Assembly: GCA_030704615.1 (NCBI GenBank)
Contig: CM060732.1
Coordinates: 47,678,001 to 47,742,000 of the forward strand
DNA length: 64,000 nucleotides
Origin: Takakia lepidozioides
Lineage: Eukaryota > Plantae > Bryophyta
Reading direction: 5' to 3'
Part shown: positions 12,654 to 24,610 of the stretch, piece by piece
Position numbering within the stretch: position 1 is the first letter of the stretch
How the letters are laid out: every line of letters begins with the position of its first letter
Notes under the pieces: generated by a model
The model's input: only the letters and a program-made list of their open reading frames with translations
What the model was told of the DNA's origin: nothing
Databases searched by the model: none
Made by a program: the position numbers and the translations under genes

Positions 12654-15600
12654 ATGACAGATCAATCAAGCAGGAAGCTGCTCGTTTTGGATGTGAACGG
12701 GCTGCTGGTGGCTACTTACCATAAGCAGGAACAGCTGCCTCCGGAACCGCATCATGTGAAGCTTGGGAATTTTTTTGGTACGTTCTTACTGGTGTTCTGA
12801 TGTTGCTGGTTGTTTTTTTCTGGCCTTTGAAGACCAGGGAGTGGACCTGATAGAGCCTTTCGAAGGACCAACCCTGATACTAGTCCAACTGTTTGTAGAA
12901 TTACTGTCCTTGTAGAATTACCGTTGTTGCAATCAAGGAAAGTTCTCCCGCTGTCATCACAGAACTCGAAGATCAGCAACACCTGGGTCATCATATAGCA
13001 GGGAATACATCGTAGAGTAGTGGCCAAGAGTTTGTAGCGGAATGCAGATGCCTACAAATTATCCATCAAGAGTTTGTTTGATGCTTTATGTTTAGGTTTT
13101 CTAATACCCAACTTGTCCCTTCATGTTTCAGTTTACAAAAGACCCTCATGTGATGAGTTCCTGCAGTTCTGTCTCAAAAACTTCCTGGTGGGAATTTGGT
13201 CCTCAGCAAGAGAGTAAGTTACTTACCTTTTGGAATAGCCCGGAAGCTTTTTTTAAAAAGATGTTCTTGTTGCATTTAGGAGAGTGATGAGGTGCCAGTG
13301 CACTCATATCTGCTGTTGTGTGGTAACAATAAAGGACAAGGGGAGCATAGAAATAGGACCTGTTATGTTTGGACTGTTTTCATCTGCCAAGGCAAATAGA
13401 TGTAGGGACTGTGTTGCTGTTGACAAGGATGTCCACTTGCTGAGATGATTGGTAGTACTTGTAAGCAAAGGAAAAGCCTGCAACGAATCATACTTTGTTT
13501 TTCACCCTTGTGGCTCTGAACATGTTGAGGGTGGGGTTGTTAGGTGTTCATGATGCCTGAGTGAAGTCTTGCATGTTTGGACAGGCACAATGTCAAGAAG
13601 TTGGTGGAATACGTGTTTAAGGACATGAAACACCAGCTTGCATTTTCCTGGGTTTGGACACTCTTCTTTTTTTCCTGTTTGACCACGGACAAGCTAGAAT
13701 TAGTGGTAGTGTAATTCTGTGTCTTCCTCCAGCTAGTGAAGTCATCCAGTTTGCAAGTGTACCAGGGCAGGGGTATGGTCACAGTTGGTGCTTGGGTCAG
13801 CACATGTGGCATTCTGCCACCGGGCTAGTCAAGCACACATGATTTGGAGTTTACTGTCAGTACCTTGTCCAGCCCTGATGGTCTTTGAGGTGGTAATATC
13901 AACTCTTTTAGTGGTGCCAGAACATTAGCAAGGACCAATCAAAATGCAGCCTGGCCATGTGCATGGCTGGGATGTTTCTTGGGCAGTTTGTCATTGTTTG
14001 GCTTAGAAAACTTCCTTCTATGGTGACCTTTTTTGGGGAAGATGCAGATTGTATTGTGTACAGAAAGCATAAATTGAAAGATAGTCACATTGATTTTGTT
14101 GTACTTGCATCTACGTGCAGCATTTCTGAAGTTGTTCTGCTGTCGGATATTTGCAGCATCAGACAGACTGCACTCATACAGGATATATGCACCCTGAAAA
14201 CAAGGATAAACCTGTCTTTTTGAAGGAGCTGTCAAGGTTGTGGGAAACTTTCAAGCCTGGTGAATATGGACCATCCAACACCCTGCTTGTGGATGATTCC
14301 CCCTATAAAGCCCTCCGGAATCCTGTATGTTGACTTCACTCTGCTATGGTCTAGTAGATTGCAAACTTTGTCTGCTATAGAGAATGTACTCATTAGACTT
14401 TGCTACGCGCTTCTCTGCTTTAGAGCATGGAAGACATGCCTATCCTCTGTGTCACAGAGAATTGCATCAGAAGATGAAAGGTGTTATCATGCAGGATTCT
14501 GTAATTGTCACGTGACTACTGTGTTTGGTGCATGTATGCAGCCACATACGGGTATTTTCCCTCGAACATACACAGCACATGACTCAGCTGATAACTTTCT
14601 AGGTAAAGTACTGTTAGAACCATGTTGATCATTGCTCTGCCCTTTCTCTCAGTTGGGTAGGTTGAATTTTTCTTTTCATATGTACTTCGAGTGGCTTGCG
14701 CACATAATTGCTGCTAATAAGGTCTAAAAATGATGGGGGGCTGTTTGTTCACAGGCGGGGTTTTGCGTGCGTATTTGGAGGGACTTCATGACGCTTTGGA
14801 TGTGCAAAAGTATGTGGAGAAGAACCCTATAGGTGAGCCGAGCATCACGTCATCGAGCCCACTTTGGAAGTTTTACAGCTGCATTAGTAACCTGGAAGAT
14901 TGTGTGACTTCCACAGCCAAGGTGGTTGAAAGTGTAACTAATGCAGTGACTTCCTGGAATCAGCACACTCCAGCTAACAATGATCTGCAGTTGCCATCAC
15001 TTGTGCGGGTGCCAGAACGTCCACCATCAGGTGAGTGCAATCAGGACATCTGCAAGTTTCCAGCCATTGGACAGAAAGTTGAAGACAAGGAGCATGTGAG
15101 CTTTAGCTATCAGCAGACAGTTGTGTCGAACAAGCAAACTGCTAAGAGGGAGGGATGGGAGCATCCTTGTCAGAGAGAAAGGAAAAGGCCCTGGGGAAAC
15201 CCAGAAAGTTATGATTCTAAGGTTATAGCCAGACAATCTGGCTCTCTTGGGGTCCTATGGCCATGGAGGAATGAAAATGGCATGAATGCGAAGGAAACCA
15301 GGGAGTCTTTCCCATCACCCAGAGACAGAACTGGTCAAGGTGCTGTCATACATGAGGAGGCGGGCAGGCACTCTGAGAATCATGTGGATGCAGAGAGGCG
15401 TTATCGGGAAAGCAGCTCAATCACTAAGCGTGGAAGAGTTGGACGGCAGGTTTCCTGGGAGCCCCACAGCAACACTCAACCTGAGCTGCCATGTTGGGAT
15501 GGCAACAGATGGTATCGCGGTCCCAGAGGAGAAGGTGGGACTCGGAGTGGCTGGGTGCCCAATGTGGAACCAGTGCAGCCAGGCTGGGAGGCATTGGATG

Positions 15601-16592
15601 GCAGTCCAAGAGGACTCACCAGGAGTGGCTGGGAGACCAGCAGCAACTCCCAACTAGTGCAGCTGTATGGCAAAGAGCGGGAGAGCTTTCCTGCAGCAGA
15701 AACTGGGAATTCCCGGGAGTTCAGCTGCAACACCCAACCGGTGGAGCCACGCTGGGATGGCCAGAGATTGAGTAGCGCTCTGGGACGAGAAACTGGGAGT
15801 GGCTGCGAATCCAGCAGCAACGTCCAACTGGCGCAGCCATGTTGGGATGGCAAGGCGTGGGGTATGGTTCCTAGAGCAGGAACTGAAAGCTCCTGGGAGC
15901 CCAGTAGCAACGTCCAACTGGAGCCGCCATGTTGGGATGACAAGGCATGGGGTATGGTTCCTAGAGCAGGAACTGAAAGTTCCTGGGAGCCCAACAGCAA
16001 CATCCAACTGGAGCAGCCATGTTGGGATCGCAAGGTGTGGGGTATGGTTCCCAGAGCAGGAACTGAAAGTTCTTGGGAGCCCGGCAGCAATATCCGACCG
16101 CTGCAGCCATGGCGGGATGACAAAAGATGGAGTAGCATCTGGCCTGGAGATAGGAATGGCAAGGGATGTGATAGAAGGCCTGGAAAGGAAGTTGGTAGTG
16201 CCGTGGAGCCCAGCTGCAACGCCCAACCAGTGTACTCTTGGCATAAGTTTTCCGGGAATGATCTTGGAGATAGGAATGGCAAGGGCTGTGATAGAAGGCA
16301 TGGAAAGGAAGTTGGTAGTGCCTTGGAGCCCAGCCGCAACGCCCAACCACCAGTGTACCCTCGGCATAACATTTCCAGGAATGATGTGAGCACTCAGTTT
16401 TACATGACAGGTTTTGAGAAGAGCAGGGATAGACATCCGAGAGGTGACTTCAATAACAGGTTCAGGCAGGCTGGAGTTGAAAGTTTTGTTCCATCCAATG
16501 GTAAGCAGGGCAGGTGGGATGTTGAGTACAATCATGGAGGGACAAATGGATTTAGGCCTCCACCGTCGCAAAGGAGGAACTCCATACGGTAA
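12654..16592 (+). CDS. FCP1/NIF-family HAD phosphatase-like protein with long Trp-rich repeat C-terminal extension; exons 12654-12777, 13132-13213, 13585-13651, 14157-14324, 14542-14602, 14755-16592
   Basis: RKLLVLDVNGLLV, VYKRPSCDEFLQFCLKNFLVGIWSSA, KPVFLKELSRLW, NTLLVDDSPYKALRNPPHTGIFP are hallmark motifs of the plant NIF/FCP1-like HAD family. GT-AG introns are in phase and the last exon is open for about 610 codons. Confidence 0.88.
15450..16140 (+). repeat. Coding tandem repeat, 90-nt (30-aa) unit; 3-4 near-identical plus about 4 diverged copies
   Basis: Unit starts at 15811, 15901, 15991, 16081 (CCAG/ACAGCAAC.TCCAACTG...); peptide SSNVQLEQPCWDGKAWGMVPRAGTESSWEP. Confidence 0.92.
16145..16385 (+). 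repeat. Coding tandem repeat, 120-nt (40-aa) unit x2
   Basis: TGGAGATAGGAATGGCAAGGG at 16145 and 16265; peptide GDRNGKGCDRRxGKEVGSAxEPSxNAQP. Confidence 0.9.
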
Positions 16593-17465
16593 GAATGGAA
16601 GTTGGATGACTTGGGGTGAGAATATCGAAATTCAGCTTCAAAGGTATTTTAAGGATGTACAACGTAAATCTTTGGGACATGCGAGTGTGCTCCACTGGGG
16701 GAAGAGGGTCTACAAGTGTAATGACTCCATATGCAACGTGCGTGCCAAATTTGGGAGCGATCAAAATTCATTTGGACCCAAAACCACAGTTTCTTGATGC
16801 AACCTCTTCAAGGGCCTATGAAGGTAGCCATCTTGGGGGACATGGCGCATGGTGGCAGTCACAGGGCTGGCCACTGAAGAATACCGGGATGAGGCTTCCA
16901 CGAACTGCGGCCCCAAGTGGACGTGAAGAAGCAGGACACATGCAGCTTTGCATGTGCATGGGTTCAGTAGATTCTTTTAATGTTTTTGACATTGCCTATT
17001 CATCTAGTCCACATGCAACTTTCCACGAGGTTCATTCATTATCAAATGGAGGACTACTACACACTCTGTAATTTTGCCATTAATCTTCGAATGCAGATGG
17101 TTATACAGCAGAACCATTTATGGAAGTCAGTACTATGGGTTGAGAGTTTAAACCTTCCAAGATTGTCACCTTTTCCTGGCCAGTCCAGTCAGATTGCAGA
17201 CTGAGGCTGCTTTCATGAACATCAATCAAAACACAAAGTCACAATCTCTGCCTGCAAGGGAAAGCGAGTCCATGCAGTTCTTTATTTTAATAGACACCAA
17301 TTTTCAGCTTCTTGTGTACTTCCTGAGTACACAGTCACAGGACTACCTCCACACAGGAAAAGCTCTCACCCGGTTTTTGTGGGTTACTTTCTTCAGATTT
17401 CTATACAAGAGCATTAGGATGCTGTTCTTGACATACGGTGGTTTGGTCTCAATCTGGTAAGACCC

Positions 17466-19841
17466 TTATTGGTGTGCAGGCAGTGCTTCAAACAGTCTGT
17501 TGTTGTCCTCTGGTAGCTTCTCTCGTACTGACTTCGCCAGATTGTCAAAGCTTGATCTGATTATAGAGAGATGGTGCAATTTCTTCAACGATTTACTCTT
17601 TTTAAAATCACTCAGCAATAATTCGTCTCCATGCTTCAAGTCTTTAATGGAGTTCAAGACATCTACCACTTCTGTTATACTTGGCCTCAGTTTGGCATCC
17701 TTGTTCAAGCATTGCAGTGCCAAGCCAGCCACTTTTTGAGCTCCTGTCCAAGGATACCGCCCCCTCAATTGGGAATCAATGATAAGAGTAAGCTTGGCGT
17801 CATCTTCAAGAAAAGGTTTTGCCCACTGGACGAAATCTCTTTCAGCTTTGGGGAAAGCAGCATCCCTGCCGTGCTTGCCCGTCAGGAGCTCAAGCAAAAC
17901 CACTCCAAAGCTCCAAATATTCTTCTTAGCAAAAGCCCGACTTTTCTTCGTGATCTGCAAAGGAAGCGCATCAAATTAAAACAGCGTTTGAATCCTATAT
18001 GCTTAGGAGTATGGATAGGAATCGACGGATACCCATTGAGTGCTCCACTGGCTTTCTTCCTACTAGATGTGTGCCCTGTTGTAGCCCAGGACTCTCAGCT
18101 TTTAAGCCTCAAACAAGTGTCTTACCTTGTCATTTTCTTGACTGATTACACACAAACCAAAACCCGCCAGCTTTGCCTTGAAGTCCTTGTCCAACTGAAT
18201 GCTAGATATCGAGAAATTTCTGTAAACAATCTGCAGAGATAACCCATCGACAAGCGTAGTCAGCTACTGCTTGTTGCCAATCAGGACTCCAGGTACACAG
18301 CACGAGTGCTCAAAGGTAATCAAGATTGCAAGATGAAGCAAGATTGCAACAAGCAGTCGCAGATACTCTGGAAAAAGCTGGTGCCTACTAAATTCCATCT
18401 AGACTGTGTATGTTCCAGTTCAATGCCCTGGCAGTATGACAGTTTCCCCACAAGAACCCACAAAATTAGATATAAAAATGCACCTGTTGTGGAGCTCTCT
18501 CATGTATATAGGCCATCCCAAGAGCAGCTTGCAAAGCAATGTTCATCCTGATTGTCCAGTCTAATAAATTTTGGCACATTAAACTTCCAAACAAGTAGTC
18601 ACCGAGACTGCCATTACACAACTGATCATAGACCAAAAGCCGCTCCCTGCTCCTTCGTGCTTTCGTAAGTGTGCTCCCTCCAATATCTGAGCTTGCCAAA
18701 TCGTCCTCACAGTAGCCTCTAAGCTTACATATATAGCGATCTTTCAATTGTGCCAGCATCTGCACCTCTGCTCTCCAATCCTTGACGCCCTGTTGCAATC
18801 CATTGATACCATAGTCCCACCATAGTCAGGTGCCGGTCCTCAGGTCTTTGTAGAATCACGGGATCTACCAGCGAACATACACTTCAAAGGGAGGCCAACA
18901 TACTCTATCCCCAGAGACAGTTAATAATCACCTTTATGGTGACCATGCGCACGGCACTAGCTAATCAAAGTTACACCAGACAAGAAAGTGGAGGAGGTGG
19001 AGGATGAGGGAAGTGCGCTCAGAGGTGATCGTATTACCTGCAGCCCGTCATGCGAAAGACGTAGCACAGCCACCTTCCTTTTTCTCTCCTCTCCAGCATT
19101 AGATTGACAAATCCATGCTTCGTACACAGTTCCATACGCCCACTCCTCAATGCAATGTTCGGGTGAGAAGTTTCCTGCTGCTGTAGCAAGCTCTTTGAAT
19201 GTGAAAGCCCGAAGGTTGAGGCATGTCTCCATTGCCACAGAGGGAGAAGGCAGAGGCTGGGGAACGTGGGGATAGACCCCTGCAACAGGCATTGGCCTCC
19301 CTTTGCTACTGTCCGGCCGCGAGTCATTAACCCCTGTTATGGAGGATGACGATACTAGCGGTGAAGACCAGCTGGTAGATACAAAGGAACCGGTGCCTGA
19401 GAGAATACGCATCTCTGAACTACTTGAAGAGCTTGTGGGGATTTCCTCCTCTTGGGCCAGTGGTAGGGATGTTGGTTCCTGCGGCACTGGGAGAGGCTGA
19501 GGTTGCCCACCAAAGCTTTTTTTGCCTGTGCTTACTGTGACCTGCTTCCCACCGCTCTCATAGGCACTCAAAATGAAAAGCCCCAGGACCCCCAAGCTTG
19601 GCACGGAGGAAGGTGCAGACTCAATGCTGGCGGCAGGACTAGTTGGGGGTGCTGAGAAGGCTGTCGAGTGCGGATCAAAATCATCAACGACAGAAACAAC
19701 CTTGGATTGTCCACACCGCACAGGCTCGTCATTCAGGAATCGCCTTGAGCGCCTCGATCGGGCGTGGCGTACAACCTTTAGTCTAGACTGTCGATGCGAA
19801 TCAACTATATCTCTCTTTGCCGATGCCAAACAGCCCATCAT
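17466..19841 (-). CDS. Receptor-like cytoplasmic kinase (RLCK-VII/PBL-like), predicted pseudokinase; exons 19841-19038, 18789-18484, 18230-18126, 17954-17466
   Basis: N-terminal MGC motif, QPLPxP motifs, LRAFTFKELATAAGNFS, QGVKDWRAEVQML, LDWTIRMNIALQAALGMAYIHE, NIWSFGVVLLELLTG, RGRYPWTGAQKVAGLALQCL. Catalytic residues are substituted (VAVL, YRN, GFG). Confidence 0.88.
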
Positions 19842-21789
19842 CGTGAATTGCTAGAGAACTTCAAACCTGAGGGGCTCTCACTTCGTAGCGTAGCAAAGCT
19901 GGTTCGGGCCAAACAGATAATTCTGCACAGTGGAGGACCATGCACTCAACTGAAATGCTGCTGCAGGCACCATAAGCTCAATGCGGCCAAGGGGTGACTT
20001 CAGAAGAATCTCTCACCCATCACACACCCGAACAAAGTACAGCCGAATTTCGTGACCACAATGGACTTCGACAAGCTAGATCGAACCTCACCGTCTTTGC
20101 CAACCGACAAAGTGTTGGTGCCAGGGCAAAGTTCGCCAGGTTGTCTCACAGAACGACCGAAGCTCGAACTCTCCTGGCCAGCGCAATTGATATGCTTACC
20201 GCAAATCTGATAGCACGCACTACGGAGAGCTCTGCAACCCACTACCCTCCTCCTGACAACCACCCACCTTCCTTAAATCTTTGTCACATTCACTACAACT
20301 CGGCAAGCTCACAATTTCACGCGGCTGATCTAGAGAGCCATATCACTGCGCACCATATCGACAGCCTGACCCAATTGTAAGAAAGCTGTCATGCGCTGAA
20401 GATGGGTAGTAGGTACAGTTATCCTCCACGTGAGCTCCGGCGCAGCTACAATTCCTGCCATCTTTTTTTCTGTCCTCTTCCAGGAAGAAGAAATAGTAGG
20501 GACTGTTCCTTCATTCCCCACTGAGGGCCATTACATACTTCCAACTCTTAAATGTTGGGTTTTTAAAAGTTTGTTGAATTCCTCCAGGAATTCAACCCAG
20601 TCAAACAAGGTTCCCCGGCCGAATTCATGAATGAAATCTATCAAGGAAAATGTCAAGTAACATTTGCGAATGTGGATTTGAAGCCCCACCCAGTGGACAC
20701 CTGTTGGAGGAGCTCCTACAGTCATGCGCTATATTTGGAGTATGAGCTAGAACTCCGGAAGGATCTCACCGATTATGTGATGATGACACTAAGTTTCTAC
20801 TGTAAGACAAAAGCACCGAACCGAATCTCGGAGCTAATTGTGCTGTTCAACAGTCAACTTCTTTATCAACGTCCACAGCGGCCAACAGTTTGCTAGCATG
20901 GTCCATTGTGGGTGGATGGAGTGGATGATGGAACCATGTCCTCGTTTGTCAAAGCATGAGCACTAATACCGTATGTTTCCGAGTTTCTCTCTCAACATGA
21001 TGGTGTAAATTTTTTAGACTTGCTGTCATGGTGGGTGCTCACAATAATTTCAAAATAAAGGGTTCAAGGATCTATGTAAGGACTGGCAGTCTCCATGTCG
21101 TTTATGATAGTGACTGTCAACACGTCACAACCCACAAGTCTGGATGGTGAACAACATTGAAACAATAAGATCCACACGGTGAGGATTTGTTACAGTAGTA
21201 TGTAGCTCCATGGCGTGATCTTGTGAAGCTGACAGAACTGAGCTCCGACACTGTGAAAGCTGACAAGCAAGGATAATAAATGCTGCTTGCTGTCATAACT
21301 ATGTCTTTTCGTTGTCTTAAGATGGTCTGATGAATGTTGCACCACGTGCCAATAAATGCACCACTACTACTTCCATGAAGAAGCCTCCAATCCCCTCACA
21401 TTCACTGTTCCATCACAACAAAGAACCCCATGGTACACGGAGTAGTACCCCCGTGCAGCTATGCAAATTGAAGGAAGGAACAGGAAACCCAGTTGAGGAT
21501 TCTATTCTACTCTAATAAGTTTTCCTTTCCTTTCCTTTCCTTTGCTGGAGGCATGAAGAGAGCAGGCAATAAAGGCTTTAAAGGCCTCACTTGGCAGGCT
21601 GCTGCTCCCTACATGCTAACAAAAACTATGTCCACGACACAAGAATCTTGAGTGCTGGCACCCACATCTTGAAGAGATCAGATCATGGCCTTCTTTAAAC
21701 TTCTTGTACTTACAATCTTCCATGACACCTCCAACAACACCCACCTCTTTCTTTTCTATTTTCTTTAAAGCTCTTACAGTAGAGAAATG

Positions 21790-21855
21790 TGACTACCACA
21801 CAGTTGGATAGAGCACTGAGTGCCAAAGGTGATGCTGGGTTCAAATCCTCCTCCC
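21790..21855 (+). mobile_element. tRNA-derived (SINE-like) head or tRNA pseudogene
   Basis: A-box-like CAGTTGGATAGAGC (21801-21814) and B-box GGTTCAAATCC (21838-21848) at tRNA-like spacing; no intact anticodon or acceptor stems seen. Confidence 0.45.
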
Positions 21856-22446
21856 TCCTTCCATTGGGCAGTACCCCCTGAGCCTTATGCTGGGAGATGT
21901 TACTTTGTTGCTTCCTCCTCTCACTGTAATATAAGGGGCATGATTTGTGAGTGGTCGGTTTCCCTCTTATTTTTATTTTCTTCAGGGAAACTTGGGAGGG
22001 ACAGCTCACAATTCAGGCCCTTTACATAGAATGGGGGACAATTAACCCCCTATCATGTAAGCCATGAAGCATACAGGAGATACAATCCAGGGACCCACCC
22101 CACTGGCCAGGGTAGATAGCAAGATATGAGCGCCCCAAACCACTGGGTGACACAAATGCGCACTATATTGTTTGTGCTATGTAGTGGCCTCTTGGGTTCA
22201 GCGTCCGGGAAATAATTTGAGTTGAACCAGGCAAAAGCCCCTCATTCGGAGGGGGGTTAGTATCGCGTGAGCAGCATGAGCACAACCCACGGCCTCGGTC
22301 ATAGGAGTTATATGTTTCCAAAACGGAAAAAAACCATAAGCGGGTATAGAGGACTGGTGCATATATACGGTACGTTTGCACCAATTCAGCGAGGCGAAAA
22401 CTTCAGTAGTGTAGCCAGAAACCCTAAACTTATAGCGGCAAACAAG

Positions 22447-22620
22447 TTTCGCATTGAGAAACCCTTACTGGTGTTTGAGAAAGACTTGGTGATATGGGCA
22501 CCAACCTATGCAGCGGTGGGTGTCGCATTGAGAAACCCTTACTGGTGTTTGAGAAAGACTTGGTGATATGGGCACAAACCTATGCATTGGTGGCTTTCGC
22601 ATTGAGAAACCCTTACTGGT
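22447..22620. repeat. 74-bp tandem repeat, about 2.3 copies
   Basis: CGCATTGAGAAACCCTTACTGGT recurs at 22450, 22524 and 22598. Confidence 0.92.
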
Positions 22621-23049
22621 ATAGCTTGAGTCGAAACTTTCCGAAATCCCATCGTCCAACAATCCCACATCCAATTCAGGCTAGTTAGTTTCACCGTGCG
22701 ACATTATCCTTCACTGTGATTTCTTCTCAGGCTATTTGGTATAGAGTTTCCTTGTGAGAAATTAGCTATGGGCGAGGACCTACGATTTGAGGTGAAGTCT
22801 CACCGCACTCTTTATGGAGAAAAAGCCACGCCTATGGGGTAAGATGTTCATCAGATATAGGGGCTACTTGTTCTTTTAAATGTGTTAGTTTCGCATAATG
22901 TTTAGTTTCGCCAAGTTCGTTTTGTTGTGGAAATTTTGCGAAAATTTCGTGGAAATTCGGGGAATATGCCCTTGTGCTCGTGAGCTACCCAACCTCATTC
23001 TGAGAACCAACCGGCTAAGTGGGTCCAGGAGTCGGTTGCTTCTTTCATC

Positions 23050-23103
23050 GTTTTAGTCATGGTTAACTAGAAGTAGGTACTTCTAGTTAACCATGACTAA
23101 AAC
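23050..23103. repeat. Perfect inverted repeat (26-bp arms, 2-nt spacer)
   Basis: GTTTTAGTCATGGTTAACTAGAAGTA-GG-TACTTCTAGTTAACCATGACTAAAAC. Confidence 0.95.
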
Positions 23104-23269
23104 CATGCAAGACACTTCCGCCTTAATGGTAACTACAATAGTCGGTTTCTTATGTAAACTTCCTCGGTAAATTTCCTAAGGTTTCAATTATCACTCGGAA
23201 ATTCCTAGAAACCACTCCGGTAGCATGTAACTGGCTGCCAATTCTTCGCAGTTTGGGCTTTTTTATGTG

Positions 23270-23580
23270 TAGGATAATGCCCCTTGTGTGGGGCATTCCT
23301 GGATTTTCGGGCCTGGCGCCAAGGGCAGTAGCATAATGCCCTGAGTGGAGGGCATTCCCAGATTTGAGGGCCTGACGCCGAGGGGCGGTAGGCCTAGGGG
23401 AAGGCCCGAAAATCCATAACTGCCCGACACGAGGGGCATTACCCTGCGCGTAAAGAAATGCCAAAATTTAAAATATATATATCTAATGCCCAGTGCATTC
23501 TGCATTTCGTAATGCATTCGAGGGAGCCGATCGGGTGCATTGCATTCCGCCAGGTGGAATGCACGAATGCACCCCGATGA
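23270..23580. repeat. GC-rich foldback/MITE-like remnant with direct and inverted repeats
   Basis: About 60-bp direct repeat (ATAATGCCC...GGGCATTCC...GGGCCTG.CGCC) at 23274 and 23333; inverted copy at 23402-23441; hairpin TCGGGTGCATTGCATTCC...GGAATGCACGAATGCACCCCGA at 23531-23577. Confidence 0.65.
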
Positions 23581-24610
23581 ATTATGCTTTTTAACGGCAC
23601 GATAAATATAAACCAATTTTTTTGGCGCGTTACGTACTAACGGTGACCGGAAAGAGCCTTGAGAAAATGCGGCGGGCTAGGATAGACTTGATCCCCAGGT
23701 AGAAGGCTGGAATGTGGGTTAGAGGACCAGGTGTGTTTGCATGCTACCTACCTAAGGCGGGGGTGGTCCTCCCGGAGAATTGATATAGCTATCATAAGGA
23801 CAGCTGAGGTAATGGTGCTGGTTGCACTTCATTGTTTTCCATTGAGGTGGATAACGTCACAATATTCTGTAATTTGGCGACGACACACTCTTGAATATTC
23901 ATGTCTGAACTGTCTGCATTTGCGACACTGACATTCCTTTCATTTCTCCGGCATCATCTCTCACACACTCTCTCTCCATTTATGACCACAAGGCTAAGGC
24001 AAACAAAGTCTTATGAGTACATCTCTCTTGCTATGTACTCATTTTCTATTATTCCATAACCATGTCACACAAGCAGCGTTTTCCTTAAGAAATTTGGAAA
24101 ACAGCACCGAGTGGCTACAGAGTTTCGCAAAAAATAGCCTTACATTCTGTTCATCCACTAAAATTTATCCATTTTTTCTCTTTAATCCATTTATATCATC
24201 CTTATTTGGCAAATTCATCCATATATTTATATTTTATTTGGAGAAGTTTGGCGATTTCATCCATGAAAAAACAGGGAATTTGTGACAGAATATTCCATTT
24301 CATTTTTTGAGGTCACAATTTGGCGTTAAACGCCAATAAAAAATGGCTGCACACAAGAACTCCAACTTACATTCAGTTTTTTTGTTCTGATTGTAGGAAG
24401 AATAGAGACTGAAACTTGAATCAACATATGCTCTCTTGATGAAGCAGCAGGAGACAGGACAATGAAAGAACAAACTACAAGTGAGTAAAGAAGATTGCAG
24501 GTTTGAATCTGAGATACCTCAGAAGTTAGTCCTTCCTTATGCATTCATAATGGAACCAATAAGTGGAGAGGTTAACTAGAGACTACTCATACTACACTTG
24601 AAAGATACTA

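Noticed and set aside
15476-16571. Two 305-aa antisense ORFs and a 196-aa alternative-frame ORF
   Set aside because: They overlap the tandem repeats; a stop-free repeat unit propagates open frames, and there is no independent coding signal.
22447-22620. CRISPR-like appearance of repeated 23-40 bp motifs
   Set aside because: The 'spacers' are near-identical, so this is a simple 74-bp tandem repeat; the context is eukaryotic and there are no cas genes.
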